Origin: a virus
Reading direction: 5' to 3' (one strand)
Virus record (IMG/VR): IMGVR_UViG_3300045115_000211
Span: 1-64,000 of that record
DNA: 64,000 nucleotides
Program-made: the position numbers and the translations under genes
Shown: positions 19,513 to 27,902 of the stretch, one piece after another
Layout: the number at the start of each line of letters is the position of its first letter
How positions within the stretch are numbered: the stretch's first letter is position 1
The notes under the pieces: generated by a model
Databases searched by the model: none
Told to the model about the DNA's origin: nothing
What the model saw: only the letters and a program-made list of their open reading frames with translations

Positions 19513-20046
19513 ATGCTGCTGTACCACGGCACGAACATGGACAACGCCCTTGCCATACTTGGCAAGAACAGGGACGGCTTCTTCGGCGCCGGGACGTGGT
19601 TCGGCAGCGCCCTTGAGGTCGCCCTCATCTTCGGCGGGGAGTGGGTCTTCTGCGTGTTCCTGGACCCCACGCCCGGATGGGCCAGGATGGACGGGGTGAC
19701 GGATTGCGGCGAGAGGCAATGGCAGTGCAGGAACCCGGAGCCGCTGCCGTCGTACGGCAACGTCATATGGCTCAGGAGGTTCTCCTCGGAGTTGCTGGTC
19801 TGGGGGGACGTCGCGAACGAGAGGCTGCGAGCCCACCACCAGAGGATCGTCAACCCAGGCAGGACGATGTGCGTGGACTGCTCCGGGCACGGGGAGGTCG
19901 GCCCAGGCTTCGACGGATTCATGCGGGACTGCTATGTGCGCCGCTCCATTCCGAGGCCCCACACGGAGATCTGCGGGCGGTGCGGCGGGTACGGAGCCTT
20001 GGGAGTCAAGGAGGAGATGGACGCCGGCCTCGTCAGGCGAAGATGA
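19513..20046 (+). CDS. hypothetical protein, LYHGT (ART-like) N-terminus and CxxCxGxG Zn finger
   Basis: MLLYHGT...GTWF; CVDCSGHG...CGRCGGYG. Confidence 0.5.
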   Translation: MLLYHGTNMDNALAILGKNRDGFFGAGTWFGSALEVALIFGGEWVFCVFLDPTPGWARMDGVTDCGERQWQCRNPEPLPSYGNVIWLRRFSSELLVWGDVANERLRAHHQRIVNPGRTMCVDCSGHGEVGPGFDGFMRDCYVRRSIPRPHTEICGRCGGYGALGVKEEMDAGLVRRR

Positions 20047-20518
20047 ACTCGAAGCCCTTCGTCATCAGGTAGACGCATGGTCGGCCGCCCCAGTGCGACC
20101 TCGCGAAGTAGGACGACGGGTCGTCCGCGACGAGCTCGTCCATCTGCTCGCCCAGCGGCCTGTCGGGGTCGTCGAGGATGGCCGACGTCTCGCACGAGCG
20201 CATGAGCTCGTCCCGGCCGATCTCGACGCGGTCGCGGATCATCTCCTGCCACTTGCGCTCGCCTCCCGGCTGCCGGCGCAGCACGTCGCACTGGCCGAGG
20301 TAGCGCATCTGGTCTTGAGGCCTGCGATCCTTCCAGCGCCATCCGACCGCCTGCGGGTCGTGCTCGGGCCACTTCTTGACCGACAGGGCGACCCCTCCAC
20401 GCGAGCCGTCCCTCTGCGAGTATGACGGCTCGTAGACCTCGACCTCGGAAGGGTCTGCCCCGCGCGGGAACTCGGACATGGGGCGCAGCGTGGCGCCGGA
20501 TATGCGGACGATCCTCAT
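20033..20518 (-). CDS. hypothetical protein (MRIVRIS N-terminus)
   Basis: ATGA coupling; GC-biased codon usage. Confidence 0.6.
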   Translation of the reverse strand: MRIVRISGATLRPMSEFPRGADPSEVEVYEPSYSQRDGSRGGVALSVKKWPEHDPQAVGWRWKDRRPQDQMRYLGQCDVLRRQPGGERKWQEMIRDRVEIGRDELMRSCETSAILDDPDRPLGEQMDELVADDPSSYFARSHWGGRPCVYLMTKGFEFIFA

Positions 20519-20940
20519 GCCATGACCTCGACGAATTTCGACGGCACGTCGCGAAGGGGAGGCCGCACGGGCGGCATCCTGGTTTTCGGCCACGTTATGG
20601 GATAGTGCTCGCGGATCGGATCGCCCCGCAGCCGGTATTCGGTTCGGTAGGGGTTGTCCAAGATTCTTCTTCGGCGCAACTCCATCCGCTCCGGACCGAG
20701 AGCCGAGCTCGAACGATAGTCCTTCGCCATGCAATGCGGGCACTCGTCGTCGTCAGACTGGTAGAACCTGACGCGCCCGTCGGAGTCCTCGATCTCCTTG
20801 AGTGGCAACCCGTTTGGCCCAAGCCACATCCGGTTGCGGCACCTATGGCAGTCCCATGACCACCTCGCGCGGAGACGTCCTGGACTGACCTCAAGAGGGT
20901 TGGCTGGCTCCGGGGTCTGCGCTATGCGGACGATCCTCAT
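20515..20940 (-). CDS. hypothetical Zn-binding protein (MRIVRIAQ N-terminus)
   Basis: CHRC...CPHC; GCAGG-N19-GAAT upstream. Confidence 0.55.
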   Translation of the reverse strand: MRIVRIAQTPEPANPLEVSPGRLRARWSWDCHRCRNRMWLGPNGLPLKEIEDSDGRVRFYQSDDDECPHCMAKDYRSSSALGPERMELRRRRILDNPYRTEYRLRGDPIREHYPITWPKTRMPPVRPPLRDVPSKFVEVMA

Positions 20941-20947
20941 GCCAGGA

Positions 20948-21229
20948 TCATTCCTGTGGAGTGGGAACGGTTCCTGCCTGGGACTGCCCCTCGCTCGACC
21001 GCAGGACCTCGATGCGCCTGAGCTTGGACGTGATGTCGCGCTTGTCGTCCACCCGCAGCACCGACTCGTCGGCGAGGACGAGGTGCTTTCCGTCGGGCAG
21101 CAGGTCGACGTGGAACCTGACCTTCCGGCAGGTCCCCGCCTTGACCGTCGTGAACCTGCCGACCTCCAGGTCGGTCGCGCTGCCGTCGTCGTAGACGAAG
21201 CGGAGCCACATGCGAGGTTGGTCTTTCAT
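20948..21229 (-). CDS. hypothetical protein
   Basis: ORF immediately after the tRNA CCA end. Confidence 0.5.
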   Translation of the reverse strand: MKDQPRMWLRFVYDDGSATDLEVGRFTTVKAGTCRKVRFHVDLLPDGKHLVLADESVLRVDDKRDITSKLRRIEVLRSSEGQSQAGTVPTPQE

Positions 21230-21230
21230 C

Positions 21231-21304
21231 TGGTTGCCCCGACCGGGTTCGAGCCGATGCGAAGGCCTTCAAAGGGCCTCATGCTGCCATTACATCACGG
21301 GGCA
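21231..21304 (-). tRNA. tRNA-Gln(UUG)
   Basis: TGCCCCG/CGGGGCA acceptor; AGGCC-CTTTGAA-GGCCT anticodon arm; encoded CCA. Confidence 0.92.
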
Positions 21305-21310
21305 TTCGAA

Positions 21311-21384
21311 TGGCTGCCCGAAGAGGATTTGAACCTCTACCGACTGAGTCAGAGTCAGTCATGCTACCGTTACACCATCGGGCA
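21311..21384 (-). tRNA. tRNA-Gln(CUG)
   Basis: TGCCCGA/TCGGGCA acceptor; ACTGA-CTCTGAC-TCAGT; GGTTCAAATCC; CCA. Confidence 0.95.
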
Positions 21385-21391
21385 ATCGCTA

Positions 21392-22213
21392 CTACTTATG
21401 CTTGGTTTCCCCCAGTATTCTACTGATCGTACTAGGGTCATATCCGAGTTGTTTGGCTATTTCCGTTTGAGTCAAGCCGTCATTCCGCAGACTCTGTACC
21501 AAACCCCGATCAGCCGGCCTACGCACCTTGTGTGGACACAGTTTTCCGACGATGCCGCTTATGGCTCCCTTGGAATACCCCAGCCTTTTCGCAATAACGA
21601 TCTGTTTGACTCCCATCCTGTAAAGCCTAACCACCTCTTCCTTGTTAGCTGGCTTCGGCTTCTCGCGATACGACGTCATCCGAGTTTCGATCACGTCCCA
21701 TAGCCTAGTCAAGCGTTCTGCGTTCACGTGTTTCTTGGCATGACAGTTCGAGCATATGACGGTGCACTTGTCGAGTTCTGCTAGGACATCCTCCCAGTCT
21801 GCCTTGATTTGTCGTGTCGCAAGGGCGCTTATTGAGAACGCTTTGTCGCCATGATGGTGGAACTCCAAACTTGAACACCCAATATCTGTATGTCCACATT
21901 CCGAACACGCCTTTGCCCCAACCAAACGCAACAGGTTCTGCCTTGCAAGGGCGTTCCTTCCTGGATTGGCATGCAACCTTTCATGACAGTTGGAACAGAG
22001 AAGTTCGCACTTTTTAACCTCGGCCTCAATGACGCTCCATCTCGACCACTTGATGCTGTTGATGCCTGCCGACTTCTCGTTCGGATGGTGGAACTCCAAG
22101 CATCTGATGTCCGATTCGCCACACCGCTTGCATCGGTTTCCCAGCAGGCTGGCTGCGATCCTCTTCTTGGCCCACACCAGCACGAACGACTGATCCGTCT
22201 TACTAAGTTGCAT
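21392..22213 (-). mobile_element. double-HNH homing endonuclease with C-terminal HTH domains, inside the tRNA cluster
   Basis: CKRCG...LEFHH...CELLCSNCH occurs twice; AAGGAG RBS; lower GC. Confidence 0.85.
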
Positions 22214-22278
22214 GTTTGGGTCTCCTTCGCCGTTTATTCGAGAGACCCGAACCTGAAACCCTCCTATGTCAAAGAACA

Positions 22279-22377
22279 TGGCTGGCTTGGCAGGACTCGA
22301 ACCTGCACGCACGCCCATTTACGAGCGTCACGGATCGCTTAACAGGCGATTCCCTTACCAGTTAGGGCAACAAGCCA
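22279..22377 (-). tRNA. tRNA-Asn(GUU), atypical, 27-nt variable arm
   Basis: TGGCTTG/CAAGCCA-G-CCA; ATCGC-CTGTTAA-GCGAT; GCAGG-TTCGAGT-CCTGC. Confidence 0.85.
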
Positions 22378-22390
22378 ATCCTTCTCATTC

Positions 22391-22467
22391 TGGCAGCCAG
22401 GACAGGACTTGAACCTGCAGTCTCCTCCTCAACAGGGAGGCGGGATACCATTCCCCTCCACCTGGCT
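22391..22467 (-). tRNA. tRNA-Asn(GUU), atypical D region and G37
   Basis: AGCCAGG/CCTGGCT-G-CCA; CCTCC-CTGTTGA-GGAGG; GCAGG-TTCAAGT-CCTGT. Confidence 0.85.
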
Positions 22468-22477
22468 ATCGAGCCTT

Positions 22478-22515
22478 AAAACATTTCGGCCGCCGAGCAT
22501 CCCTGCCCGACGGCC
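22478..22515 (-). terminator. putative attenuator terminator hairpin (3:4)
   Basis: GGCCGTCGGGCA-GGGA-TGCTCGGCGGCC, a 12-bp stem (2 G-U), followed by GAAATGTTTT. Confidence 0.65.
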
Positions 22516-22540
22516 CACCCTAGTCGCTGGTCAGCAGAAC

Positions 22541-22606
22541 TCAACCAGCCGGGTGCCCGTCGGGCGTCCGGTTTTGCTGGTTGTTATTCTGGATGACAGC
22601 GATCAT
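22541..22606 (-). CDS. Gln/Asn-rich leader peptide MIAVIQNNNQQNRTPDGHPAG
   Basis: seven consecutive Gln/Asn codons (CAG AAT AAC AAC CAG CAA AAC) between the promoter and the tRNA-Asn/Gln genes. Confidence 0.8.
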   Translation of the reverse strand: MIAVIQNNNQQNRTPDGHPAG

Positions 22607-22632
22607 GTTCTTTTCCGTCCTCGCAATGGGAT

Positions 22633-22661
22633 AGTATGCCGGAAACCCCGTCCCGCGTCAA
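22633..22661 (-). promoter_or_regulatory. sigma70-type promoter of the tRNA operon
   Basis: TTGACG-17 nt-CATACT. Confidence 0.7.
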
Positions 22662-22670
22662 CGGCTTTGT

Positions 22671-23432
22671 TCAGGACATCGAGATCATCCAACCGCCGGC
22701 GCCGAGCGACGCCGCATGCGGCAGCCCTGCGGCGGCGAGGCCCTCCTCGAACCTCTCGCGGTCGGACGGCGTCTGGCACATGGCGTCCCTGATCCTCGCC
22801 ACGTCGTGGGCGTGGCCGAGGCGGAAGCCGATCGCCACGAGGTGCCACGCCAGGCGCGTGTCGTTGACCTCGTAGGCCCCGTCGCGCCTGCGGATCGCCC
22901 TGATCCCCTCGCCGAAGCTCAGCGTCTCGGCCACCTCGGGGCCTATCCGCACCGGGAGGCGGAAGCGCAACTGGTGGTGCCATTTGTTCGTGCCCTCGGG
23001 CGACACCTCGAAGTTGGGGTCGCCGCCAGGGTCGACGCCCGCCAGGGACTGGTATCGTCTGGCGACCTGTATCTCCTCGTCGCTGGGGACCTGGGCGTGG
23101 AGGTTGGCGCACCCTGCGAGCAGGGCGACCGAGAATATCTCCTCGCTCCCCCTCGTGAGCGTCGGGCGCACGCCTTGCTCGCGGAGCCTCTCGTTCCTCA
23201 TCCGCCTGATGACCCTGCCCTGGTCCTCCATGTCGAGCCTTTGGGTCTCCCCGACGTGGTCGCCGCCGACGTACTCGACGTCCATCATCCCGCTGGTCGG
23301 GAGGATCGCCATGACCATGTACTCGCCCTTGTGGTTCGACTGCGTCTCCCCGGTGGCGAACGTGACGTCAGGAGTCCTCTTGCAGGTGTATTCGTCGGCG
23401 AAGTCCCCTTCGGCTATCCTGAGCATGCGCAT
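22671..23432 (-). CDS. hypothetical protein (MRMLRIAE N-terminus)
   Basis: long ORF with GC-biased codons; GCAGG-N19-GAAA upstream. Confidence 0.6.
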   Translation of the reverse strand: MRMLRIAEGDFADEYTCKRTPDVTFATGETQSNHKGEYMVMAILPTSGMMDVEYVGGDHVGETQRLDMEDQGRVIRRMRNERLREQGVRPTLTRGSEEIFSVALLAGCANLHAQVPSDEEIQVARRYQSLAGVDPGGDPNFEVSPEGTNKWHHQLRFRLPVRIGPEVAETLSFGEGIRAIRRRDGAYEVNDTRLAWHLVAIGFRLGHAHDVARIRDAMCQTPSDRERFEEGLAAAGLPHAASLGAGGWMISMS

Positions 23433-23506
23433 GCCACCTATTTCCTTGGCCATCGCCAGAGCCCCTGCCGTTGACTCCGCGGGCGTCTCGCGATACAATG
23501 CCGCCA

Positions 23507-23962
23507 ATGAAAGCCAAGAATGGCCATTACGATATGTCGGGCCTGAAGGTCGGCGACAAGTTCCTCGGATGCCCCGCGTGCCATTTCCGTCACGAGGCGG
23601 AGGCGGCGGCCAAGCCGGAATGCCCCGACTGCCGCGGGAGGATGAACGTCTGTCACGTCGAGCTGGTCGACGTCATGCGCCTCCGCGATCTCGTGGCGAT
23701 GAGGGACAGGCTGGTCGACGCGATGCGCGTGAACCATCCCGACGACACGATGACGGACGACTGGGCGAGTTCGGCCCGCTTGACGGTCGTCCGGCAGGCC
23801 GTCGCCCGCCGGAAGGCCAACATCGGCGTCGAGTCGAGGGACGGCCTGCTGTGGCGTGACGGCCGTTCCCTCGATTGCCTGGAGGCCGACAGGCTCGCCA
23901 TGGGGGATGGGTACTTCTGCGCCGAGCAACTCGTCAAGGCCATGGCGGAAGGCAGTCAATGA
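23507..23962 (+). CDS. hypothetical Zn-ribbon protein
   Basis: CPAC...CPDC; TTGACT-17-TACAAT promoter. Confidence 0.6.
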   Translation: MKAKNGHYDMSGLKVGDKFLGCPACHFRHEAEAAAKPECPDCRGRMNVCHVELVDVMRLRDLVAMRDRLVDAMRVNHPDDTMTDDWASSARLTVVRQAVARRKANIGVESRDGLLWRDGRSLDCLEADRLAMGDGYFCAEQLVKAMAEGSQ

Positions 23963-24198
23963 AGGCCATGATCGTCGCGATCCTGCCGTGGGTGATGTCC
24001 GCCGCGACCTGCCTGTCCCTCTGGATGGCCGGCAGCAAGGACAGGCGGGCGTGGCTCGCCCTGCTGGGCGTCCAGGTCCTGTGGTTCGTCTGGGTGCCCC
24101 TGTCCGGCAACTGGGGGCTGATGCCGGGCGTCGTGGCGTACACGGCCGTCGCCTTCCGCAACCACGTCAGGTGGAAGAGGGAGTCCCGCGATGCCTGA
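23959..24198 (+). CDS. small membrane protein (PnuC-like half)
   Basis: three hydrophobic segments; W-rich; ends RWKRE. Confidence 0.5.
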   Translation: MKAMIVAILPWVMSAATCLSLWMAGSKDRRAWLALLGVQVLWFVWVPLSGNWGLMPGVVAYTAVAFRNHVRWKRESRDA

Positions 24199-24487
24199 CG
24201 ACAGGTGTTCATTCTGCGACAGGACTGGCTGCGCCGGGATGCACTATCACCACGTCGTGCCGCGATGCAAGGGAGGCGAGGACACGGTCCCGACCTGCGG
24301 CTCGTGCGGGTCGTTCATCCACGGCACGTGGTCCCACAACGAGCTCCGCGACGTGTTCAACACGGTCGAGAAGATCAAGGCTGACGAGCGGTTCCGGAAG
24401 TACCTGCGCTGGATCCGCAAGCAGCCGCCGGAGACGAAGTTCAAGACCGACCGCAGGAACGGTCGGGCGGAAGGGAAGTACCGATGA
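24191..24487 (+). CDS. small HNH protein
   Basis: CSFC...HHVVPRCKGG...CGSC...IH. Confidence 0.75.
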   Translation: MPDDRCSFCDRTGCAGMHYHHVVPRCKGGEDTVPTCGSCGSFIHGTWSHNELRDVFNTVEKIKADERFRKYLRWIRKQPPETKFKTDRRNGRAEGKYR

Positions 24488-25119
24488 GGGTCGATCTTCA
24501 CTTCCACTTCCGCCGTCGCAAGGAAGACCGCCTGCCGCGCCTTGCCGCCATGCTCAAGGAGGCGGAGGCCGCCGGCATCGGCGGCATGGCCCTGCTCGAC
24601 CACGACTGGTTCCCCACGGACGAGGTCATGGCGTTCGCCCGGGAATCCGCCCCATCGATCACGTTCTGGCGGGCGTGCGAGCTCACGATCTTCGACGAGG
24701 CGCGCGGCCACAAGGACCACGTCGTGGTCGCGTCCGACGCCCCGCTGGATCTCGCCGTCTCCGGCGGGCTTTCCACGAAGGACATCGGTCTGCTCGTCAA
24801 GGCCCTTGAGGGCCGAAACGACGTCCTGACGATGCTCGCCCATCCGTTCCGCCGCCGTCACGCCCTGTCCTTCGATCTCCACCAGTTCCGGCCGACGCTC
24901 ATCGATGCGATCGGGAGGTCGGCGAACCAAGAGGCCCTGCGCTCGGTCACGCGCCTTGCGGCGGCATGGGGGATGGGTCTGGCGTGCGCGTCCGACTCGC
25001 ACAGGCGGGGGGACGTCGGAAGGCACTACATGGACTTCATTGGCGCCCCCAAGACGATCAGGGAGCTCGCGCTGGAGTGCTGCCTGTCGAGGTACAGGCT
25101 TGTCGCGGCGGGCAAGTAG
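24484..25119 (+). CDS. PHP-family phosphoesterase
   Basis: DLHFH, LDHD, AHPFR, SDSH. Confidence 0.8.
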   Translation: MRVDLHFHFRRRKEDRLPRLAAMLKEAEAAGIGGMALLDHDWFPTDEVMAFARESAPSITFWRACELTIFDEARGHKDHVVVASDAPLDLAVSGGLSTKDIGLLVKALEGRNDVLTMLAHPFRRRHALSFDLHQFRPTLIDAIGRSANQEALRSVTRLAAAWGMGLACASDSHRRGDVGRHYMDFIGAPKTIRELALECCLSRYRLVAAGK

Positions 25120-25157
25120 GGCTTGACTCCGTGGCCGCAAGGATGTATCCTTTCCAC

Positions 25158-25364
25158 ATGAGCGAGCCTATCGAGCCTGATGCCGTCTTCGAAAAGAGGA
25201 GCGTGCCCTGCCGCATCATCAAGGGTTGGGAAGGCGCTGGGAGGACGGGGCAATACTTCGGGAGGTTCTTCTCGGGCGGGCAATGGTGGGCCGTCGTGAA
25301 GTGGGACGACGAGGACGATCCTGACCTGCACAAGACGTGCGGTCTGGACCTGTTCAGGATGTGA
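25158..25364 (+). CDS. hypothetical protein
   Basis: TTGACT-17-TATCCT, ATG 6 nt later. Confidence 0.5.
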   Translation: MSEPIEPDAVFEKRSVPCRIIKGWEGAGRTGQYFGRFFSGGQWWAVVKWDDEDDPDLHKTCGLDLFRM

Positions 25365-25506
25365 CGATGAGGGCATACTCCATCGGCGTCGGAACCAAGG
25401 GCCTGTCGGGCAGGCGCAGGTCGAAGGACACGCCGCACCGCCGGCGTTGCCTGCGCGTGGACAGGAAGGCCGCACGGCGGGAGGCAGCGATCGAGGCGAG
25501 GGCGAC

Positions 25507-25887
25507 ATGACGTTCTTGGGCTTCGTCTGCGCATGGCTGGTCGGATCCGTCCTCTGCTACGCGAAGCAGATGGGGACCTGCTCCGCCACGTTCTCGCACG
25601 GGTTCCGCAGGAACCTGTCGCGGTTCCCGTCGCTCTGGCGCGACTTCGACGCGCGATGGCTTGAGGTCAGGGGAAGGGCGCGCTCCTGCGCCAGGTTCAC
25701 GTTTTGGTTCTCCGTCATGACCTCGTGGATCGGCTTGCTCATCGACGTCTTGTGCAGGCCCACGTGCCTGGCGAACTGGGCGCTGTGGCACGACATGCCG
25801 AGCGAGGAGGAGGGGCGCAGGGCGGCGGGCGAGGCGCACAAGGCGTACTTGACGGGTCTCGGAATATCTCCACAAAAAGACTTCTAG
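25507..25887 (+). CDS. hypothetical membrane protein
   Basis: hydrophobic segments. Confidence 0.4.
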   Translation: MTFLGFVCAWLVGSVLCYAKQMGTCSATFSHGFRRNLSRFPSLWRDFDARWLEVRGRARSCARFTFWFSVMTSWIGLLIDVLCRPTCLANWALWHDMPSEEEGRRAAGEAHKAYLTGLGISPQKDF

Positions 25888-25923
25888 GCAGGGTTGATAT
25901 GCGAAGTTGTCGAATGATATGCC

Positions 25924-26706
25924 ATGACAACGCATATTGCTCCGAAGCCATACATCCGCAATCCATCCAAAAGAGATGCCGCTCGCGACTCTCGCAAGAC
26001 CTATGTCCTTCGATGGGCGAAAAAGCTCAAGGCGATCACTGTTGCTGGTGGCAAATGCAGTCGCTGTGGAGATGACAGACCATTCGTTCTCAGTTTTCAT
26101 CATCGCGACTCGACCGCCAAAGAACGCAGCCTGTGCTCGTTGTTCGGCGCGCACGCCAGATGGGAAGTGGTAGAGGAGGAAATCAAAGGTTGCCACTTGC
26201 TATGCGAGAACTGTCACCGGGAAACGCACGCCGAATCGTCTCCCGAATGTGATCGTCAACGCCTGAACAAGGACGTGTGTCTTCAGTTTGTTGGGCGGTC
26301 AAGTTGCTCTAGGTGTGGGTACTCCAAGAGCAATTGGGCGTTGGAATTCCATCATGTTCGCGGCGCAAAGGACGCCAAGATCGCACGGCACATATGGGCC
26401 CATGCCTGGCGAAGCGTCGGTGACCTCCAAGCCAGCGTTGTTGCGGAGTTGGATAAGTGCGTGTTGCTCTGTTCCAACTGCCACAAGGATTTTCATTTCG
26501 ATCACGACAGGTATGCCTCGGCCAGTGACGAAATCCTGTCCAAGGCGCTAACGATGAGAACCAAGCCCAAGGTGGATGTCGAGCGAGTCATCCGTCTTGG
26601 CCAGTCCGGGATGACGACCAAGGATGTTGCGGTTGCGGTCGGATGCTCGTACTGCAGGGCGTACGAGATACTGAAGTCGAACAGCCTGCACAGAAGCAGC
26701 AGATAG
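25924..26706 (+). mobile_element. double-HNH homing endonuclease with HTH; paralog of 21392-22213
   Basis: WAKK...GGKCSRCG...FHH...LLCENCH; second LEFHH...KCVLLCSNCH. Confidence 0.85.
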
Positions 26707-26761
26707 TCGTTGACAGCCCCCGCCCGCCGTGCTATCCTCTTTATGAATACAGGAGATTGAC

Positions 26762-27655
26762 ATGCGCATAGCCATTGTCCAGACCAACCCAGTCCCTGGG
26801 GATTTCGACGGCAACTGTCGGCAAATCATTGACGGCATCCGCTCCGCTGGTGAAGCGGATTTGATTGTCGCTCCGGAACTTTCCATCCCCGGCTATCTCT
26901 GCCGAGACGCCATGTTGACGGAGGGGTTCGTCGACGCAAATCTTGCGGCCTTGGGGAAGTTGCTGGATGAGTCGAAGTGCTTTCCGTCGGTCACGATATT
27001 CGTCGGATACGCCGAAAGGAATGCGACCGGTTGTGGGAAGCCGCTTTTCAATTCCGCGGCGGTCGTCAGGAACGGGATGCGGATCGCCAACTATCGCAAG
27101 CATCTCCTGCCGTTCTACGACGTCTTCGATGAGGGCAGATACTTCGAGCCAGGTCGCGATCTGTGTGTGGTCGACATGTGTGGCGCGAAGTTCGGGGTTG
27201 TGATATGCGAGGACATTTGGATGGACAAAATGGTCAGCGAGTACCTTTACGATGACAACCCAGTCGAAGCCTACCGCCGCCTCGGCGTCTGCAACCTGAT
27301 CTCCCTGAACAGCAGCCCCTACGTCTTCGGCAAGCCGCACAGGCGCCAGCAGATGATCCGCGACGTGGCCAAGCTCGGCAAGCCCAGCAGGTCTGCGAGC
27401 CAGGCAGTCGAGCGATGGATAGACGCCCACCAGCCGGAGCATGCCGGCAAGATCGTCAACCACATCGTGACCAACGGTCACTACCTGCGGACGCTCCCGC
27501 ACGGCGCCCCAGTGTTCGACCTCGAAGGGCTGAGCGTGTGCGTGGCCGACTGCATGCCGCAGTCCAACCAAGTCGGCAACGGACTCCAGCCCATCTTCTG
27601 GCCCGACGGCTCGCTGACCTACTCGTGGGAGTGGCGCGGCGCCGTCCTGCTGTAG
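26762..27655 (+). CDS. nitrilase-family (NadE glutaminase-like) domain protein without synthetase domain
   Basis: APELS, YRKHLLPFYDVFDEGRYF, ICEDIW (E-K-C triad), NSSPY. Confidence 0.8.
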   Translation: MRIAIVQTNPVPGDFDGNCRQIIDGIRSAGEADLIVAPELSIPGYLCRDAMLTEGFVDANLAALGKLLDESKCFPSVTIFVGYAERNATGCGKPLFNSAAVVRNGMRIANYRKHLLPFYDVFDEGRYFEPGRDLCVVDMCGAKFGVVICEDIWMDKMVSEYLYDDNPVEAYRRLGVCNLISLNSSPYVFGKPHRRQQMIRDVAKLGKPSRSASQAVERWIDAHQPEHAGKIVNHIVTNGHYLRTLPHGAPVFDLEGLSVCVADCMPQSNQVGNGLQPIFWPDGSLTYSWEWRGAVLL

Positions 27656-27674
27656 AATGGGGCAGGAGGCAGAC

Positions 27675-27902
27675 ATGGCGAAGCGCAAGGAGTTCGCGGC
27701 GGCCTGCCGTTACGCCTACCCGAACAGGGGGGCGGAGAGCGTGGAGCAGGCGACGCTGGAGTGCGCCGAGAGATGCCGCAAGGCACTCGGAGACGACATG
27801 AAGGTCGATGGCGTCTCCGTGGTGGCGATGCCGGACCAGACCGCCCTGGTGACCGTCCTGGCTTCCATGACGAGGGAAGAGTCGGATCCGCAGGAGGAGT
27901 AG
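27675..27902 (+). CDS. hypothetical protein
   Basis: AGGAGG RBS. Confidence 0.5.
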   Translation: MAKRKEFAAACRYAYPNRGAESVEQATLECAERCRKALGDDMKVDGVSVVAMPDQTALVTVLASMTREESDPQEE

